Of a DNA stretch of 64,000 nucleotides, positions 29,297 to 40,497 are shown one piece after another. How positions within the stretch are numbered: position 1 is the first letter of the stretch; each line of letters begins with the position of its first letter. The notes beneath the pieces were generated by a model. That model searched no databases, was not told the DNA's origin, and saw only the letters and a list, made by a program, of their open reading frames with translations. The DNA lies in NCBI GenBank assembly GCA_026225415.1, contig JAMFSS010000006.1:1-64000 (forward strand), in the 5' to 3' direction. Origin of the DNA: Alphaproteobacteria bacterium (lineage in GTDB: Bacteria; Pseudomonadota; Alphaproteobacteria; UBA9219). The translations under genes were made by a program, and so were the position numbers.

Positions 29297-29986
29297 ATGT
29301 TATGCACAAAAACTCCTTTATTTATTGCCTTATTAGCCTTAACGGCTTGTGCCACGCATGCCTCGCCCGAGGATGCGCACATGGCCGATAACCTGTGTAT
29401 GCAGGGTAAAGTTTTGCTTATGGCCGGTAAAAAGACCGAAGCCCGCGATATTTACAGCAGCGCCACCAAACGTGATGCCGGCAATGCCCGCGCCTGGAAC
29501 GGGTTGGGCGCAGCCGATGATTTATTGGGCAAACGCGAGGATGCGTTGGAAGCCTATCAACATGCAATTGATTTGATGCCGAATGATATGACTGCCAAAA
29601 ATAATCTGGCGCATCTCTATATGGAAATGGGGCAGCCAGACAAAGCGGTTGAATTACTGCAACCCTATGCCGACGACCGCACAGCGCCTGCGACATTGCG
29701 ACAGAATTTGGCGGCGGCGACCAAGGTGGTGCAGGCGGGATCGACCGATGTGTATGCCGAATTGGGGTCATACCCGACCGACGGTATGGCACAAGGCCAT
29801 ATTCGCGAAGCCAAGAGTTTGTTGGGCAACAAAGCCAAAGATTTAGATTTCACCATTGTGCCGGAAGTTAAAACCGGCGGGGGTGTACCCACATTCACCG
29901 CGAAAATTACCGGCCGCAATCCACAGGATATTTGTGATGATTTAACGGCGCAGGCGTTTCCTTGTATTCCGCATGGGAAGCAATAA
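29297..29986 (+). CDS. TPR-repeat lipoprotein
   Basis: The start is trimmed to MLCTKTPLFIALLALTAC, which carries a lipobox. Tetratricopeptide repeats follow. Confidence 0.65.
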   Translation: MLCTKTPLFIALLALTACATHASPEDAHMADNLCMQGKVLLMAGKKTEARDIYSSATKRDAGNARAWNGLGAADDLLGKREDALEAYQHAIDLMPNDMTAKNNLAHLYMEMGQPDKAVELLQPYADDRTAPATLRQNLAAATKVVQAGSTDVYAELGSYPTDGMAQGHIREAKSLLGNKAKDLDFTIVPEVKTGGGVPTFTAKITGRNPQDICDDLTAQAFPCIPHGKQ

Positions 29987-29993
29987 AAACCGT

Positions 29994-32900
29994 TTAATAC
30001 TCAACCACATCCAGCCCGTCGCCAATACAGCGCAGAGATGTTTTGACGGCTTCGGTTAAATTCCACGCGCCTTGCAATTCCACTTCGGCTTCTTCGCCAT
30101 CATCCAGATCGAGCGCAAGCGTGATTTGCCCGCGCCCCTTGGGTGTTGCCGCCAGCAATTTGTGAATATCTGCCACGGGGGCGGCATCATAGAGTTTGAC
30201 GCGGATGCCACGCGCCACACGCGCGGCGGCATCAGATAGTGGTTCAAGATTGCGGGCAATGAAACGCAGATCGGGCACGCCTTCGGTTTTTGCGCCGCCT
30301 TGATTGGTGTTTGTTTGCGCATCGACTTCGACCAAGACCGCCCGCCCCACTTCCATTACATCGCGTTTGGCAGCCAGCAATTCAGAAAACACCGTGACTT
30401 CAAACGCGCCGCCGCCATCCGACATTTGCAGGAAGGCGAATTTGTTGCCATTTTTCGAAGTGCGTTCCTGTTTCGACACCACAATACCCGCCATTTTGAA
30501 ACGCGTCGCGCCCCCTTGGCGCATGCGCGTGGCGATTTCGTTCATGCCCACGGCCCCTATGCGATCGAGAATGGCGCGGTAATTATCGAGCGGATGCGCC
30601 GACATATAAAAACCGAGCGCAGAAAATTCATGTTGCAGTTTGGTCAGATCATCCCAGTTTTTGGCGGGCGGCAAGGGTGGCCGCGCCGCGCTGTGCGCAT
30701 CGGCGAACATATTGACTTGACCGGTTTCTTTTTCCGAATGGGTTTGTTGATTGTGTTTTTGCAGCGTGTCGGTGCTGGCAACGACTTGGGCGCGGTTTTT
30801 ATTGAGCCCGTCAAAGGCGCCCGCACTGGCCAGATTTTCCATTTGTTTGCGGTTAACCGCGTGCGAATCCACACGTTCGGCCATGTCGAACAAATCTTTA
30901 AATTTACCGGCTTCACGCGCCGCAACCACGCTTTGCATCGCGGCCATACCCACGCCTTTGATAGCGGCCAGCGCATAACGGACGGAAGATTTACCTTCAT
31001 GTTCTTCCACCGCAAAAGTGGGGAAGGAATAATTGATATCGGGGGGCAACAAGGTAATGCGGTTGCGCACCAGTTCTTGGCGGAACACGTTCAGTTTATC
31101 CGTGTCACCCAATTCGAAATTCATTGCCGCCGCAAAAAACTCGACCGGATAATTGGCCTTGAGATACGCGGTTTGATAGGCCACAAGCGCATACGCCGCC
31201 GCATGCGATTTGTTGAAACCGTACCCGGCGAATTTATCGATCTGGTCGAAGATGCTCCCGGCCTGATCGGGTGGCACCGCATGTTTTTCGCCCGCACCCT
31301 TGATAAAATTGGTGCGTTGCGCAGCCATTTCCGATGCTTTTTTCTTGCCCATTGCGCGACGTAACAGATCGGCCGCGCCCAGACTATAGCCCGCCAGCAG
31401 CTGTGCCGCCTGCATAACTTGTTCCTGATAGATCAAAATACCGAACGTATCTTCCAGAATGGGACGCAAAACAGGATGCAGATAATCGGTTTTTTCTTCG
31501 GCATTTTTGCGTTTGATATAGGTCGGGATATTATCCATCGGCCCCGGACGGTATAGCGCGACCAAAGCGATGATGTCTTCGAACCGGTTGGGTTTCAATT
31601 TGCGCAGAACATCGCGCATGCCCGAACTTTCAAGTTGGAACACGCCCGTGGTGTCGCCTTTGGCCAGCATTGCGTAAGATTTTGTATCATCAAAAGGCAG
31701 GTGCCCCAGATCAACTTCGACGCCGCGTTTCTTCAACAGCTCGACCGTCATTTGTAACACATCAAGTGTTTTTAAACCCAGAAAATCGAATTTGACCAAG
31801 CCCGCAATCTCAACTGTTTTCATGTTGAACTGGGTGGCAGGCAAAGTGGCATCGGGGTCGCGATACAAAGGCACCAATTCAACCAGAGGCCGATCGCCAA
31901 TCACGACACCTGCCGCATGGGTTGACGCGTTACGGAACAATCCTTCAAGTTTAAGCGCAACATCCATCATTTGCGCCACGACGGGATCACCATCGCGCAT
32001 TTGTTGCAATTGCGGTTCGCCGTCAATCGCCTGCCCCAGCGTTACAGGATTGGCGGGATTATTGGGCACAAGTTTGCAAATTTTATCGACATAGCCATAA
32101 GGCATCGCCAATACGCGCCCGACATCGCGCAGTGCCGCGCGGGCTTGCAATTTACCAAAGGTGATAATTTGCGCGACGCGGTCATCGCCATATTTCTTTT
32201 GCACATAGGTGATGACTTCGTCGCGCCGTTCCTGGCAGAAATCGATATCGAAATCCGGCATCGAAACACGTTCGGGATTTAGAAAACGTTCGAACAGTAA
32301 ACCAAACCGCAACGGGTCGAGATCGGTGATGAGCAAAACCCACGCAACGACCGAACCCGCGCCCGACCCGCGCCCCGGCCCCACCGCGATGTTATTTGCC
32401 TTCGACCATTTGATAAAATCCGAAACGATAAGGAAGTAACCCGCAAAACCCATATTGATGATGGTGTCGAGTTCGAATTGCAGGCGGTCTTCATAAACTT
32501 TACGGTCTTTCAAATCGAGCGCATCGAGACGGAGCTTGAGGCCGTCTTTCGCCTGTGCGCGAAGTTCTTCTTCTTCGCTGCGACCCTTGGCCGTGGGGAA
32601 GGCCGGCAAAATGGGTTTACGCGCGGGCGGCATATAGGCGCAACGTTGCGCGATGACAATTGTATTATCGCACGCTTCGGGCAGATCGGCAAAAAGCGTG
32701 CGCATTTCGGCGGCGGTTTTAAAACAATGTTCCGGCGTCAGGCGGCGGCGCGACTGTTCCGCTACCACGCGTTTGTCGGCGATACACAACAGTGCGTCAT
32801 GCGCTTCATACATGTCGCGTTCACCAAAATGCACATCATTGGTGGCGACCAGCGGTATGTTCAATTTATACGCAAGCGTAATCAGATCATGTTCGATGCG

Positions 32901-33521
32901 TTGCTGGGCATTGCCAACATCGCCACCTTTGTCATCACCAACGGCATGACGATTGATTTCGATGTAAAAGCGGTTGGGGAAGAGTTTGAGATATTTTTCC
33001 GCAGCAATTGCGGCGGCATCGATTTGAGCCCCCAGTAATAAACGCCCAATTTCGCCTTCGGTTCCCGCCGATAAGGCGATCAGCCCATCGGCATGTTTCG
33101 CGAGTTCTTCGGCGGTGACATAGGGATAGGCGCGGTCTTTTTCCACAAAGGACATTGTGACCAACGCCGACAAATTGCGATAGCCCTGTTCATTTTGCAC
33201 CAGCAGCACCAGCTGGTCATACGCATCGCGCGCCATTGTTTTGAGCGTCGCCTGTTCGGGGCGCAACACGGCGATCTGGCAACCGATGATGGGTTGTATG
33301 CCGGCTTCGGCTGCCGCCTGGGCAAATTCCAACGCGCCGAACAGATTGCCTTTGTCGGTCAATCCGACCGCGGGCATATCATGTTGCAATGTCAATTTGA
33401 TAAGGTCTTTGCGGACGGGTTTATAGCCATCCTTGGGTTTGTCTTCGACAATCTTGATAGCGCCCTCGGCCAATGAATAGGCGGAATGGATGCGCAGATG
33501 GATGAAAGAAGGAGAGGACAT
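29994..33521 (-). CDS. dnaE: DNA polymerase III alpha subunit
   Basis: PHP domain (FIHLRIHSAYSLAEG), polymerase core and OB fold. About 1175 aa. Confidence 0.95.
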   Translation of the reverse strand: MSSPSFIHLRIHSAYSLAEGAIKIVEDKPKDGYKPVRKDLIKLTLQHDMPAVGLTDKGNLFGALEFAQAAAEAGIQPIIGCQIAVLRPEQATLKTMARDAYDQLVLLVQNEQGYRNLSALVTMSFVEKDRAYPYVTAEELAKHADGLIALSAGTEGEIGRLLLGAQIDAAAIAAEKYLKLFPNRFYIEINRHAVGDDKGGDVGNAQQRIEHDLITLAYKLNIPLVATNDVHFGERDMYEAHDALLCIADKRVVAEQSRRRLTPEHCFKTAAEMRTLFADLPEACDNTIVIAQRCAYMPPARKPILPAFPTAKGRSEEEELRAQAKDGLKLRLDALDLKDRKVYEDRLQFELDTIINMGFAGYFLIVSDFIKWSKANNIAVGPGRGSGAGSVVAWVLLITDLDPLRFGLLFERFLNPERVSMPDFDIDFCQERRDEVITYVQKKYGDDRVAQIITFGKLQARAALRDVGRVLAMPYGYVDKICKLVPNNPANPVTLGQAIDGEPQLQQMRDGDPVVAQMMDVALKLEGLFRNASTHAAGVVIGDRPLVELVPLYRDPDATLPATQFNMKTVEIAGLVKFDFLGLKTLDVLQMTVELLKKRGVEVDLGHLPFDDTKSYAMLAKGDTTGVFQLESSGMRDVLRKLKPNRFEDIIALVALYRPGPMDNIPTYIKRKNAEEKTDYLHPVLRPILEDTFGILIYQEQVMQAAQLLAGYSLGAADLLRRAMGKKKASEMAAQRTNFIKGAGEKHAVPPDQAGSIFDQIDKFAGYGFNKSHAAAYALVAYQTAYLKANYPVEFFAAAMNFELGDTDKLNVFRQELVRNRITLLPPDINYSFPTFAVEEHEGKSSVRYALAAIKGVGMAAMQSVVAAREAGKFKDLFDMAERVDSHAVNRKQMENLASAGAFDGLNKNRAQVVASTDTLQKHNQQTHSEKETGQVNMFADAHSAARPPLPPAKNWDDLTKLQHEFSALGFYMSAHPLDNYRAILDRIGAVGMNEIATRMRQGGATRFKMAGIVVSKQERTSKNGNKFAFLQMSDGGGAFEVTVFSELLAAKRDVMEVGRAVLVEVDAQTNTNQGGAKTEGVPDLRFIARNLEPLSDAAARVARGIRVKLYDAAPVADIHKLLAATPKGRGQITLALDLDDGEEAEVELQGAWNLTEAVKTSLRCIGDGLDVVEY

Positions 33522-33593
33522 TTGATGCAATAATTTCGCGTTTTTGAAGTGGCTGTATCATAGATAATCCAGCCTCTTTTTTCAAACGAAGTT

Positions 33594-34211
33594 TTACACG
33601 AGAAGCCCTGTATCTTGCTTACATTTGGATAATTTATCGGCCATGCGTGTTGGTTCGGGCAAACGATAACGCGTCAGGCATTTTAAGACGAGCGCTATGG
33701 AAGTGGGGAGCGAGACACGGTGCCCCGGTGAGATAAAAAGCGGCGCGACATTATCGCGGCTACGCAACACGGTACCGATCTGTTCTTTTCCTGCCATGAG
33801 CGGGCTGTGATCACCTTTTAAGGAACCCGGCATTTTAAACTGGCCGGTCAGGCGTGATTTGGCGACGCCTATGCTGGGCATATTCAGGATGACCCCCAAA
33901 TGCGCCGCGATACCCATGCGGCGCGGATGCGCAATGCCTTGCCCATCGACCATCAGAATATCGGGCGTCGTTTTTAATTGCGCGAGCGCCGCCAGCAACG
34001 CCGGAATTTCACGAAAAGAAAGCAGGCCAGGAATATAGGGAAAAGTGACCGGCGCGAAAATCTGGATTTCTTCATGGATTTTCAGCGTATCGCTGCTCAT
34101 GGTAACGATGGAGGCGTGGGCGAGATTGCGCACATTGTCATAGCCGACATCGACACCGGCGATGAGAGTTTGTTTATCAAACCTGTCTTCAAGGATCAGT
34201 TGCGAACGCAA
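33594..34211 (-). CDS. nfi: endonuclease V
   Basis: GVDVGY...IPGLLSFREIPALL...DGQGIAHPRRMGIAAHLGV...PSIGVAKSRL. Confidence 0.85.
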   Translation of the reverse strand: MRSQLILEDRFDKQTLIAGVDVGYDNVRNLAHASIVTMSSDTLKIHEEIQIFAPVTFPYIPGLLSFREIPALLAALAQLKTTPDILMVDGQGIAHPRRMGIAAHLGVILNMPSIGVAKSRLTGQFKMPGSLKGDHSPLMAGKEQIGTVLRSRDNVAPLFISPGHRVSLPTSIALVLKCLTRYRLPEPTRMADKLSKCKQDTGLLV

Positions 34212-34273
34212 CGATGTTTGTATCGCAATCGCTTCCGCCTGTGATTCCGGCGTTTTAATTAGCGGGATGTTTA

Positions 34274-34528
34274 TCAGCGTTTGGTTTCCTTGCGCTTGGT
34301 TTTTGCCAAGGTCTTTTTGTTTTTAGCTGGGCTTTTTTTATTGGACGAACCTGATTCCGATAACGCAATGGCAATCGCCTGTTTGCGGCTTTTGACCTTG
34401 CCACCCGCACCTTTTCTGCCGCTCTTTAACTCGCCATGCTTAAATTCATGCATCACGCGTTCGGTTGTTTTCTTTTGCGCGACGCTTTGTTTGGGCGTCG
34501 TTTTTTGGGCTGTTGTCTTTGTGGGCAT
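34274..34528 (-). CDS. small basic protein (DUF6496-like)
   Basis: The start is trimmed to MPTKTT with an AAGGAAAA ribosome-binding site. The conserved core reads MHEFKHGELKSGRKGAGGKVKSRKQAIAIALSE. Confidence 0.45.
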   Translation of the reverse strand: MPTKTTAQKTTPKQSVAQKKTTERVMHEFKHGELKSGRKGAGGKVKSRKQAIAIALSESGSSNKKSPAKNKKTLAKTKRKETKR

Positions 34529-34613
34529 AGACTTTTCCTTCTGCCATTTCTTTGCAATGGAAAGCAAGCCATAAGAAAAATAAGGATTCTATATTAGGAT
34601 AGTTTCAAGAAAA

Positions 34614-34651
34614 CCGTCACCCCGACACAAATCGGGATGACGGTTTTATGT
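34614..34651 (-). terminator. rho-independent terminator of ssb
   Basis: aaaaccgtcaccccgacacaaatcgggatgacggtttt is a hairpin flanked by A/T runs. It lies immediately downstream of the ssb stop. Confidence 0.5.
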
Positions 34652-34656
34652 TGTGA

Positions 34657-35127
34657 TTAGAATGGGATGGAATCATCCAGGTCGGCGCTGCTGCCAACAC
34701 TGCCGCCGGAGGAAGAACCGCCGCCATAAGCCGGTGCGCCGCCATCGTTGCTGGCCGACAGGCCACCGCCGCCGCCCTTGGAATCCAGCATCGTCAATTC
34801 GCCGCGGAAAGGCCCAAGCACGATTTCGGTGATGTATTTTTCGGCGCCGTCCTTGTCGGTGTATTTGCGGCTTTCCAACTGGCCTTCGATGTAAAGTTTC
34901 GAACCCTTTTTCACATAGCGTTCGACGATTTCGATTAGACGGTCATTCTTGACCGCGATGTTATGCCATTGGGTTTTTTCTTTGCGTTCGCCTGTCGTTT
35001 TGTCTTTCCAGCTTTCCGATGTGGCGATGGAAAAACTGGCGATGCGGCCACCATTCTGGAACGCGCGGATTTCGGGGTCTTTGCCCAGATTACCGACGAG
35101 AATGACCTTGTTTACGCTGCCTGCCAT
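34657..35127 (-). CDS. ssb: single-stranded DNA-binding protein
   Basis: An OB fold, a Gly-rich linker and the C-terminal DDSIPF tail. Confidence 0.92.
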   Translation of the reverse strand: MAGSVNKVILVGNLGKDPEIRAFQNGGRIASFSIATSESWKDKTTGERKEKTQWHNIAVKNDRLIEIVERYVKKGSKLYIEGQLESRKYTDKDGAEKYITEIVLGPFRGELTMLDSKGGGGGLSASNDGGAPAYGGGSSSGGSVGSSADLDDSIPF

Positions 35128-35534
35128 GAGAATCTCCGCTGTGAAAATTGAGAATCGGACTCTAGCCTTTTAAGGGCATGAGTCCAGTGAGGGTAAATCT
35201 TACCCACAGATTTTAATTGAAGAACAGGAACAAAACAAGTACAAATTATTAGAAGGGGAGATGGGGCATAGGCAGGTTAGGCACATAGGATAAAAGCTGG
35301 GCAACAATGGGAAAGGATTCGATATGATGCCAGAGGGGCAAACCGACAAAACGCCACAGCCCAAAAAGCAGGACACAGCGGGCAATCATTTGGTCTTCCA
35401 TCAATTCGATGAGCAGAAACATGATAACCTTATAAATATGGCTTATTTACCCAGAATAGGGCTTTTTGGCTTAAGCAGTCCTTAATTTCACTGTAAGAAC
35501 TGGTAATTTTTAACTCAGACCCTATATAGGCTTT

Positions 35535-38378
35535 ATGCTTACAGACATCAAAATACGCGGCGCCCGCGAACATAATCTGAAAAATATCGATGTTACCATT
35601 CCACGTGACAAGTTGGTGGTGATCACCGGCCTTTCGGGGTCGGGCAAATCGTCGCTGGCGTTCGACACGATCTATGCCGAGGGGCAACGGCGTTATGTGG
35701 AATCGCTGTCAGCCTATGCGCGCCAGTTTTTAGAGATGCAGCAGAAACCGGATGTGGATTCCATCGAAGGTTTATCGCCCGCCATTTCCATCGAACAAAA
35801 AACCACATCGCGCAATCCGCGTTCGACCGTGGGCACCGTCACCGAAATTTACGATTACTTGCGTTTGCTGTATGCCCGTATTGGCGTACCTTATTCGCCT
35901 GCCACCGGCTTGCCGATTGAAAGCCAGACAGTTACGCAAATGGCAGACCGCATTCGCACCATGCCCGAAGGCACCAAATTAATGTTGCTGGCGCCGAATG
36001 TGCGTGGCCGCAAAGGCGAGTATAAAAAAGAATTGATCGAACTGCGCAAGCAGGGTTTTCAGCGCGTTAAAATTGACGGCAAGGTTTACGATATTGAAGA
36101 AGCGCCGACATTGGATAAAAAGAAAAAGCACGATATTTCGGTGGTGGTCGACCGTTTGGTGGTCAAGCCCGATCTGGATAACCGTTTGCCGGATTCCATC
36201 GAAACCGCATTGAAAATTGCCGACGGGCTGATGCTTGCGGAAAATGTCACGACCGGCGAGATAACGACATTTTCTTCCAAATTTGCATGCCCCGTCAGCG
36301 GTTTTACAATTGAAGAAATCGAACCGCGTTTGTTCTCGTTCAACAATCCGCATGGCGCATGCTCAGCCTGTGACGGGCTCGGCGAAAAAATGTATTTCGA
36401 TCCCGATCTGGTGGTGCCCGATAAAACCGCGTGTTTGGCCGACGAAGCCATTGCGCCGTGGAAAACATTTTACATGCAGATTTTGCAGGCGATGTGCAAA
36501 ACCTATAAACAAAGCATGGTCACGCCGTGGAATAAATTGCCGGAAGAATTTCACCATGCGTTGCTCTATGGCACCGGCGATAAAAGCATCAAATTCACCT
36601 ATAAAGAAGCCAACCACACTTATAACCATGACAAGCCATTTGAAGGCGTTTTGGCCAATATCGACCGGCGCTGGCGCAATACAGACAGCGATTGGATGCG
36701 CGAAGAGCTGGGCAAATATCAAATGTCCAAAACGTGCGATGTTTGCCACGGCATGCGGTTAAAGCCGGAAGCTTTGGCCGTGAAAATCGGTGGCATGAAT
36801 ATCAGCCAGGTGTGCGGCTATTCCATCAAAAACGCGGTGGAATGGTTTGGTACATTGCCGAAGCAGCTGACCAAAAAGCAAACCGAAATTTCGGCGCGCG
36901 TTTTAAAGGAAATCAACGAACGGTTGGGTTTCTTGAACAATGTCGGGCTGGATTATCTGGCCTTGTCGCGCGCGTCCGGCACTTTGTCGGGTGGCGAGTC
37001 GCAACGCATTCGCTTGGCCTCGCAAATCGGTTCCGGCCTGACGGGTGTTTTGTATGTGTTAGATGAACCAAGCATCGGCTTGCATCAACGCGACAATGAA
37101 CGGTTGCTGACCACACTGAAACGGTTGCGCGATCTGGGCAATACCGTATTGGTGGTTGAACATGATGAAGACGCCATTCGGCAAGCCGATTATCTGATTG
37201 ATATCGGCCCCGGCGCGGGCGTGCATGGCGGCGAAGTGATTGCCGCCGGAAAACCGGAACAGGTGATGAAATGCGCCAAAAGCGTCACCGCGCAATATCT
37301 TACCGGCAAGAAATTTATCGCCGTGCCCGATCTACGCCGCACCGCGAAAAAAGACACATGGCTGGAAGTGATCGGCGCGAGCGGCAATAATTTAAAAAAT
37401 GTTTCAGCGCGTTTTCCATTGGGCGTTTTCACCGCCGTTACTGGCGTTTCGGGCGGCGGTAAATCGACTTTGGTGATCGAAACTCTTTATAAGGCGTTAG
37501 CGAAAAAATTGAATTTCGCACGTGATATTCCCGGCCCGCACACAGGCATCAAAGGGTTGGAATATATCGACAAGATCGTCGATATCGACCAATCCCCCAT
37601 TGGCCGCACACCGCGATCAAACCCTGCAACATATACGGGTGCCTTCACCCCCATGCGTGAATGGTTTGCCGGATTGCCGGAATCCAAAGCGCGGGGCTAC
37701 AGCGCGGGGCGTTTTTCGTTCAACGTCAAAGGCGGGCGCTGCGAAGCGTGCGAAGGCGACGGCACGTTGAAAATTGAAATGCATTTTCTGCCCGATGTTT
37801 ATGTGACATGCGACGAATGTAACGGCAAACGCTATAACCGCGAGACATTGGAAGTGAAATATCGCGATAAAAGCATCGCCGATGTGTTGGACATGACGGT
37901 GGAAGAAGGCGCGGAATTTTTCAAAGCCGTACCCAGCATCCGCGACCGCATGGAAACATTGAACCGCGTGGGCTTGTCTTATGTAAAAATTGGACAGGCC
38001 GCCACGACCCTTTCGGGCGGAGAGGCGCAACGCGTCAAGCTGGCCAAGGAATTGGCGCGCCGCGCGACCGGCAAGACTTTATATATCCTTGACGAGCCCA
38101 CGACCGGTTTGCATTTCGAAGATGTGCGCAAATTGTTGGAAGTGTTGGATGCGCTGGTGGCGCAGGGCAACACGATCATCGTCATCGAACATAATCTGGA
38201 AGTCATCAAAACGGCAGATTATATTATCGATATCGGCCCCGAAGGAGGCGATGGCGGCGGACGAATTGTCGCCGAAGGCACGCCGGAAGAGGTGGCGCAG
38301 GTCAAGGAAAGCTATACTGGCAAATATCTGCTGCCTTATTTAAAAACCACCGTTAAGGTTAAGAAGAAGGCGGCTTAG
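35535..38378 (+). CDS. uvrA: excinuclease ABC subunit A
   Basis: Two ABC ATPase modules ([14 protein letters not shown]; [11 protein letters not shown]) and zinc fingers. 947 aa. Divergent from ssb. Confidence 0.97.
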   Translation: MLTDIKIRGAREHNLKNIDVTIPRDKLVVITGLSGSGKSSLAFDTIYAEGQRRYVESLSAYARQFLEMQQKPDVDSIEGLSPAISIEQKTTSRNPRSTVGTVTEIYDYLRLLYARIGVPYSPATGLPIESQTVTQMADRIRTMPEGTKLMLLAPNVRGRKGEYKKELIELRKQGFQRVKIDGKVYDIEEAPTLDKKKKHDISVVVDRLVVKPDLDNRLPDSIETALKIADGLMLAENVTTGEITTFSSKFACPVSGFTIEEIEPRLFSFNNPHGACSACDGLGEKMYFDPDLVVPDKTACLADEAIAPWKTFYMQILQAMCKTYKQSMVTPWNKLPEEFHHALLYGTGDKSIKFTYKEANHTYNHDKPFEGVLANIDRRWRNTDSDWMREELGKYQMSKTCDVCHGMRLKPEALAVKIGGMNISQVCGYSIKNAVEWFGTLPKQLTKKQTEISARVLKEINERLGFLNNVGLDYLALSRASGTLSGGESQRIRLASQIGSGLTGVLYVLDEPSIGLHQRDNERLLTTLKRLRDLGNTVLVVEHDEDAIRQADYLIDIGPGAGVHGGEVIAAGKPEQVMKCAKSVTAQYLTGKKFIAVPDLRRTAKKDTWLEVIGASGNNLKNVSARFPLGVFTAVTGVSGGGKSTLVIETLYKALAKKLNFARDIPGPHTGIKGLEYIDKIVDIDQSPIGRTPRSNPATYTGAFTPMREWFAGLPESKARGYSAGRFSFNVKGGRCEACEGDGTLKIEMHFLPDVYVTCDECNGKRYNRETLEVKYRDKSIADVLDMTVEEGAEFFKAVPSIRDRMETLNRVGLSYVKIGQAATTLSGGEAQRVKLAKELARRATGKTLYILDEPTTGLHFEDVRKLLEVLDALVAQGNTIIVIEHNLEVIKTADYIIDIGPEGGDGGGRIVAEGTPEEVAQVKESYTGKYLLPYLKTTVKVKKKAA

Positions 38379-38433
38379 CCATAGCGCCCCGCTTAGTGGT
38401 GGAAATTTCTTGGCGTGATGATAAGATTCCGGC

Positions 38434-40020
38434 GTGAATGAAACAACGCAACCCAGCCACCCCCTAGCTACCCGCGCCTTGCAGCGTTTGCGGCGGCTTG
38501 CGTCCGGTAATGGCATGGAGCCGGCAGCGATTCAAATTCTGGAAACACAAGAAACAGAATTCATTATCAAAGGTGAATTGGATGTTTCGCCGATGTGCGA
38601 TGTGGAGAGCGTAAGCTATCCCGGGTTGGTGCGCGGCAAAGGCCGCGAACTGGTCGAGTCGATAGGCGCGTTGCAACAGGCCGTTGCCAAACACAAATCC
38701 GAATTTCGCGAGTCACCCGATTGGATCGAAGACGTCACCAAGGAAATTAAAACGCACGAAACGCAGGGCTGGGGCATGGAAAATGCCAAAGTCACCTTGC
38801 CTGAAAAATCAGCCATCTATGCGGCTTCAGTATTGTGCCCCAGCTGTGGCGGCGGAAAAATGTTGACCTGCACCCAATGTAACGGGCAAGGACAGATGAC
38901 ATGCGCCCAGTGTCAGGGACAGGGGCGCGAAACCTGTTACCATTGCGGCGGGCGCGGTGAAAATCCGCAACAACCCGGCCAACGTTGCACGACATGCAAC
39001 GGCACGCGTTTTGCCGTTTGCCGTTTTTGTCAGGGGCGACGTTATCTGGCCTGCCCCACTTGTAATGGGCAACGCGGCACGCCTTGCACCACATGCCAAG
39101 GAACCGGTCGTATAACGCATGAAGCAACAGTGACGTGCGGCGCGGAAACCCATTTCAGATTAAAGGCAGAAGGTTTGCCAAGTGGTTTGCGGCGCGGATT
39201 GGAACGCATCGGCCTTGCCAATCTGCATAAAGGCCACGCCGATGTCACCGCCCAGATGCCGCCGGAAGAAAAAGGCGCAAAAGAAAAAGGCGGCGAACCG
39301 CCCAAAGAAGGCGCCCCCGTTCCCATTTTGCATTATGAAGTCAAATTGCCTTATGCCGAATTGCGTATGGATTTCGGCAACAAGAAAGCAGTTGTGTCGG
39401 TTGTCGGCAAACGCTGCGCCATTTCGGGCGTGCCGAATTTTCTGGATGATGCGTTAAACCCGTGGATAGAAAAATTGCGCGTTGCTGCCACACACACCGG
39501 CAATTTGAATGAGGCGATAGAGGTTCGCGCGTTAAAAGAAATTTTGTCGCTAACAGTCGCGGGCAAAGACCGCACCGATGAAGTACGCAAACTTTATCCA
39601 TTCGGCCTGTCGGCGCAAACTATAGATGGTATTTTATCGGATATGCGTTTGGCACTAAACCGCGCAACGCTGAAAACCCGCGCAACCATGGCGATTGGTT
39701 GCGTCGTCGCTTCTGCCCTCATCGCCTATATCATTTTTATGCAAGGCATCGAAGCACGCATAACGATGGGTTGGAAATGGTATATAGGATTAGCCTTAGA
39801 CATTGCATTGACAGGCGCGATGATGGCCGCAAGCTGGGCTTTGCTTAATTTCTCAACGCGTTTTGTTTTGCAACGGCGTTTTCCGCAATTGAAGTTGGCG
39901 CTAAAACAGAAAATCGGCAAGACGGGGCGCAGTATGTTAGCCGCAATCGTTACCGTCTTTTTGGTGACAATGTTTTTCGCGACTATCCGGCCTTTGTGGC
40001 TCGCTTTGCTGATTCATTAA
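38434..40020 (+). CDS. membrane protein with about 9 tandem DnaJ-type CxxCxGxG zinc-finger repeats and C-terminal transmembrane helices (uncharacterised)
   Basis: CPSCGGGKMLTCTQCNGQGQMTCAQCQGQGRETCYHCGGRGE...CTTCNGTRFAVCRFCQGRRYLACPTCNGQRGTPCTTCQGTGRI. Four predicted transmembrane helices in the last 130 aa. GTG start. Confidence 0.5.
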   Translation: MNETTQPSHPLATRALQRLRRLASGNGMEPAAIQILETQETEFIIKGELDVSPMCDVESVSYPGLVRGKGRELVESIGALQQAVAKHKSEFRESPDWIEDVTKEIKTHETQGWGMENAKVTLPEKSAIYAASVLCPSCGGGKMLTCTQCNGQGQMTCAQCQGQGRETCYHCGGRGENPQQPGQRCTTCNGTRFAVCRFCQGRRYLACPTCNGQRGTPCTTCQGTGRITHEATVTCGAETHFRLKAEGLPSGLRRGLERIGLANLHKGHADVTAQMPPEEKGAKEKGGEPPKEGAPVPILHYEVKLPYAELRMDFGNKKAVVSVVGKRCAISGVPNFLDDALNPWIEKLRVAATHTGNLNEAIEVRALKEILSLTVAGKDRTDEVRKLYPFGLSAQTIDGILSDMRLALNRATLKTRATMAIGCVVASALIAYIIFMQGIEARITMGWKWYIGLALDIALTGAMMAASWALLNFSTRFVLQRRFPQLKLALKQKIGKTGRSMLAAIVTVFLVTMFFATIRPLWLALLIH

Positions 40021-40497
40021 TCTTTTATTTTTCCAGTCAAACCAGTAATTCTCATTGCCATGCAGAATTTCGGACACTTGTAAAAAATTGGCGACGCTCA
40101 TGCCCTCGACTTGATCGGCCATTTGCACAAGCGGTTGATAAGGGTGGTAGTCACTTTCATCATCGATACACACATATCGCGTGACTTCGGGATGTCGGGT
40201 AAGCCATGCATCAACTTCATCGCCGCGTTTATTGGTTTTTGAAACGGGCGTACGCCAATCCTGATGGAAATCACCTATGAAACCACCTTCACGAAATAAC
40301 GTCAAAATCTCTTCTTTCGTATAAATGATGCGTCTTGCTGACGAAATGACAATCTGCGTTTCAGAATCGCACTCCATCAGCCGGTTCAGTAACCCCATCA
40401 CCACCGGATCAACTTTGTCGCGTTTAGCCATGCCTGCGGCAAGATTAGCCCGTAAAGTAACGGCAACCTCATCGATATCGAAAAAGATGATTTTCAT
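39937..40497 (-). CDS. HAD-like hydrolase superfamily protein (putative phosphatase)
   Basis: The start is trimmed to MKIIFFDIDEV (HAD motif I, DxDxV). Its ATG overlaps the kdsA stop (ATGA), so it is translationally coupled. Its 3' end overlaps the convergent 38434..40020 gene by about 84 nt. Confidence 0.45.
   Translation of the reverse strand: MKIIFFDIDEVAVTLRANLAAGMAKRDKVDPVVMGLLNRLMECDSETQIVISSARRIIYTKEEILTLFREGGFIGDFHQDWRTPVSKTNKRGDEVDAWLTRHPEVTRYVCIDDESDYHPYQPLVQMADQVEGMSVANFLQVSEILHGNENYWFDWKNKRLMNQQSEPQRPDSREKHCHQKDGNDCG

Noticed and set aside
30300-31364. 354-aa plus-strand ORF inside dnaE, and several 60-190-aa ORFs on both strands inside dnaE and uvrA
   Set aside because: They are embedded in unbroken, full-length, high-confidence dnaE and uvrA reading frames, so they are shadow ORFs.
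35205-35235. Candidate LexA/SOS box (GAACAGGAACAAAACAAGTAC) in the ssb-uvrA divergent region
   Set aside because: It matches the alphaproteobacterial GAAC-N7-GAAC direct repeat only with a mismatch in each possible register, and its position relative to the promoters is unknown. A position weight matrix (PWM) scan of the whole genome would be needed.
39937-40020. 84-nt convergent overlap between the Cys-rich membrane protein gene and the HAD-like gene, considered as evidence of a frameshift
   Set aside because: Both ORFs read through cleanly with plausible C-termini. Convergent overlaps of this size occur, so it is flagged inside a finding and no pseudogene is called.
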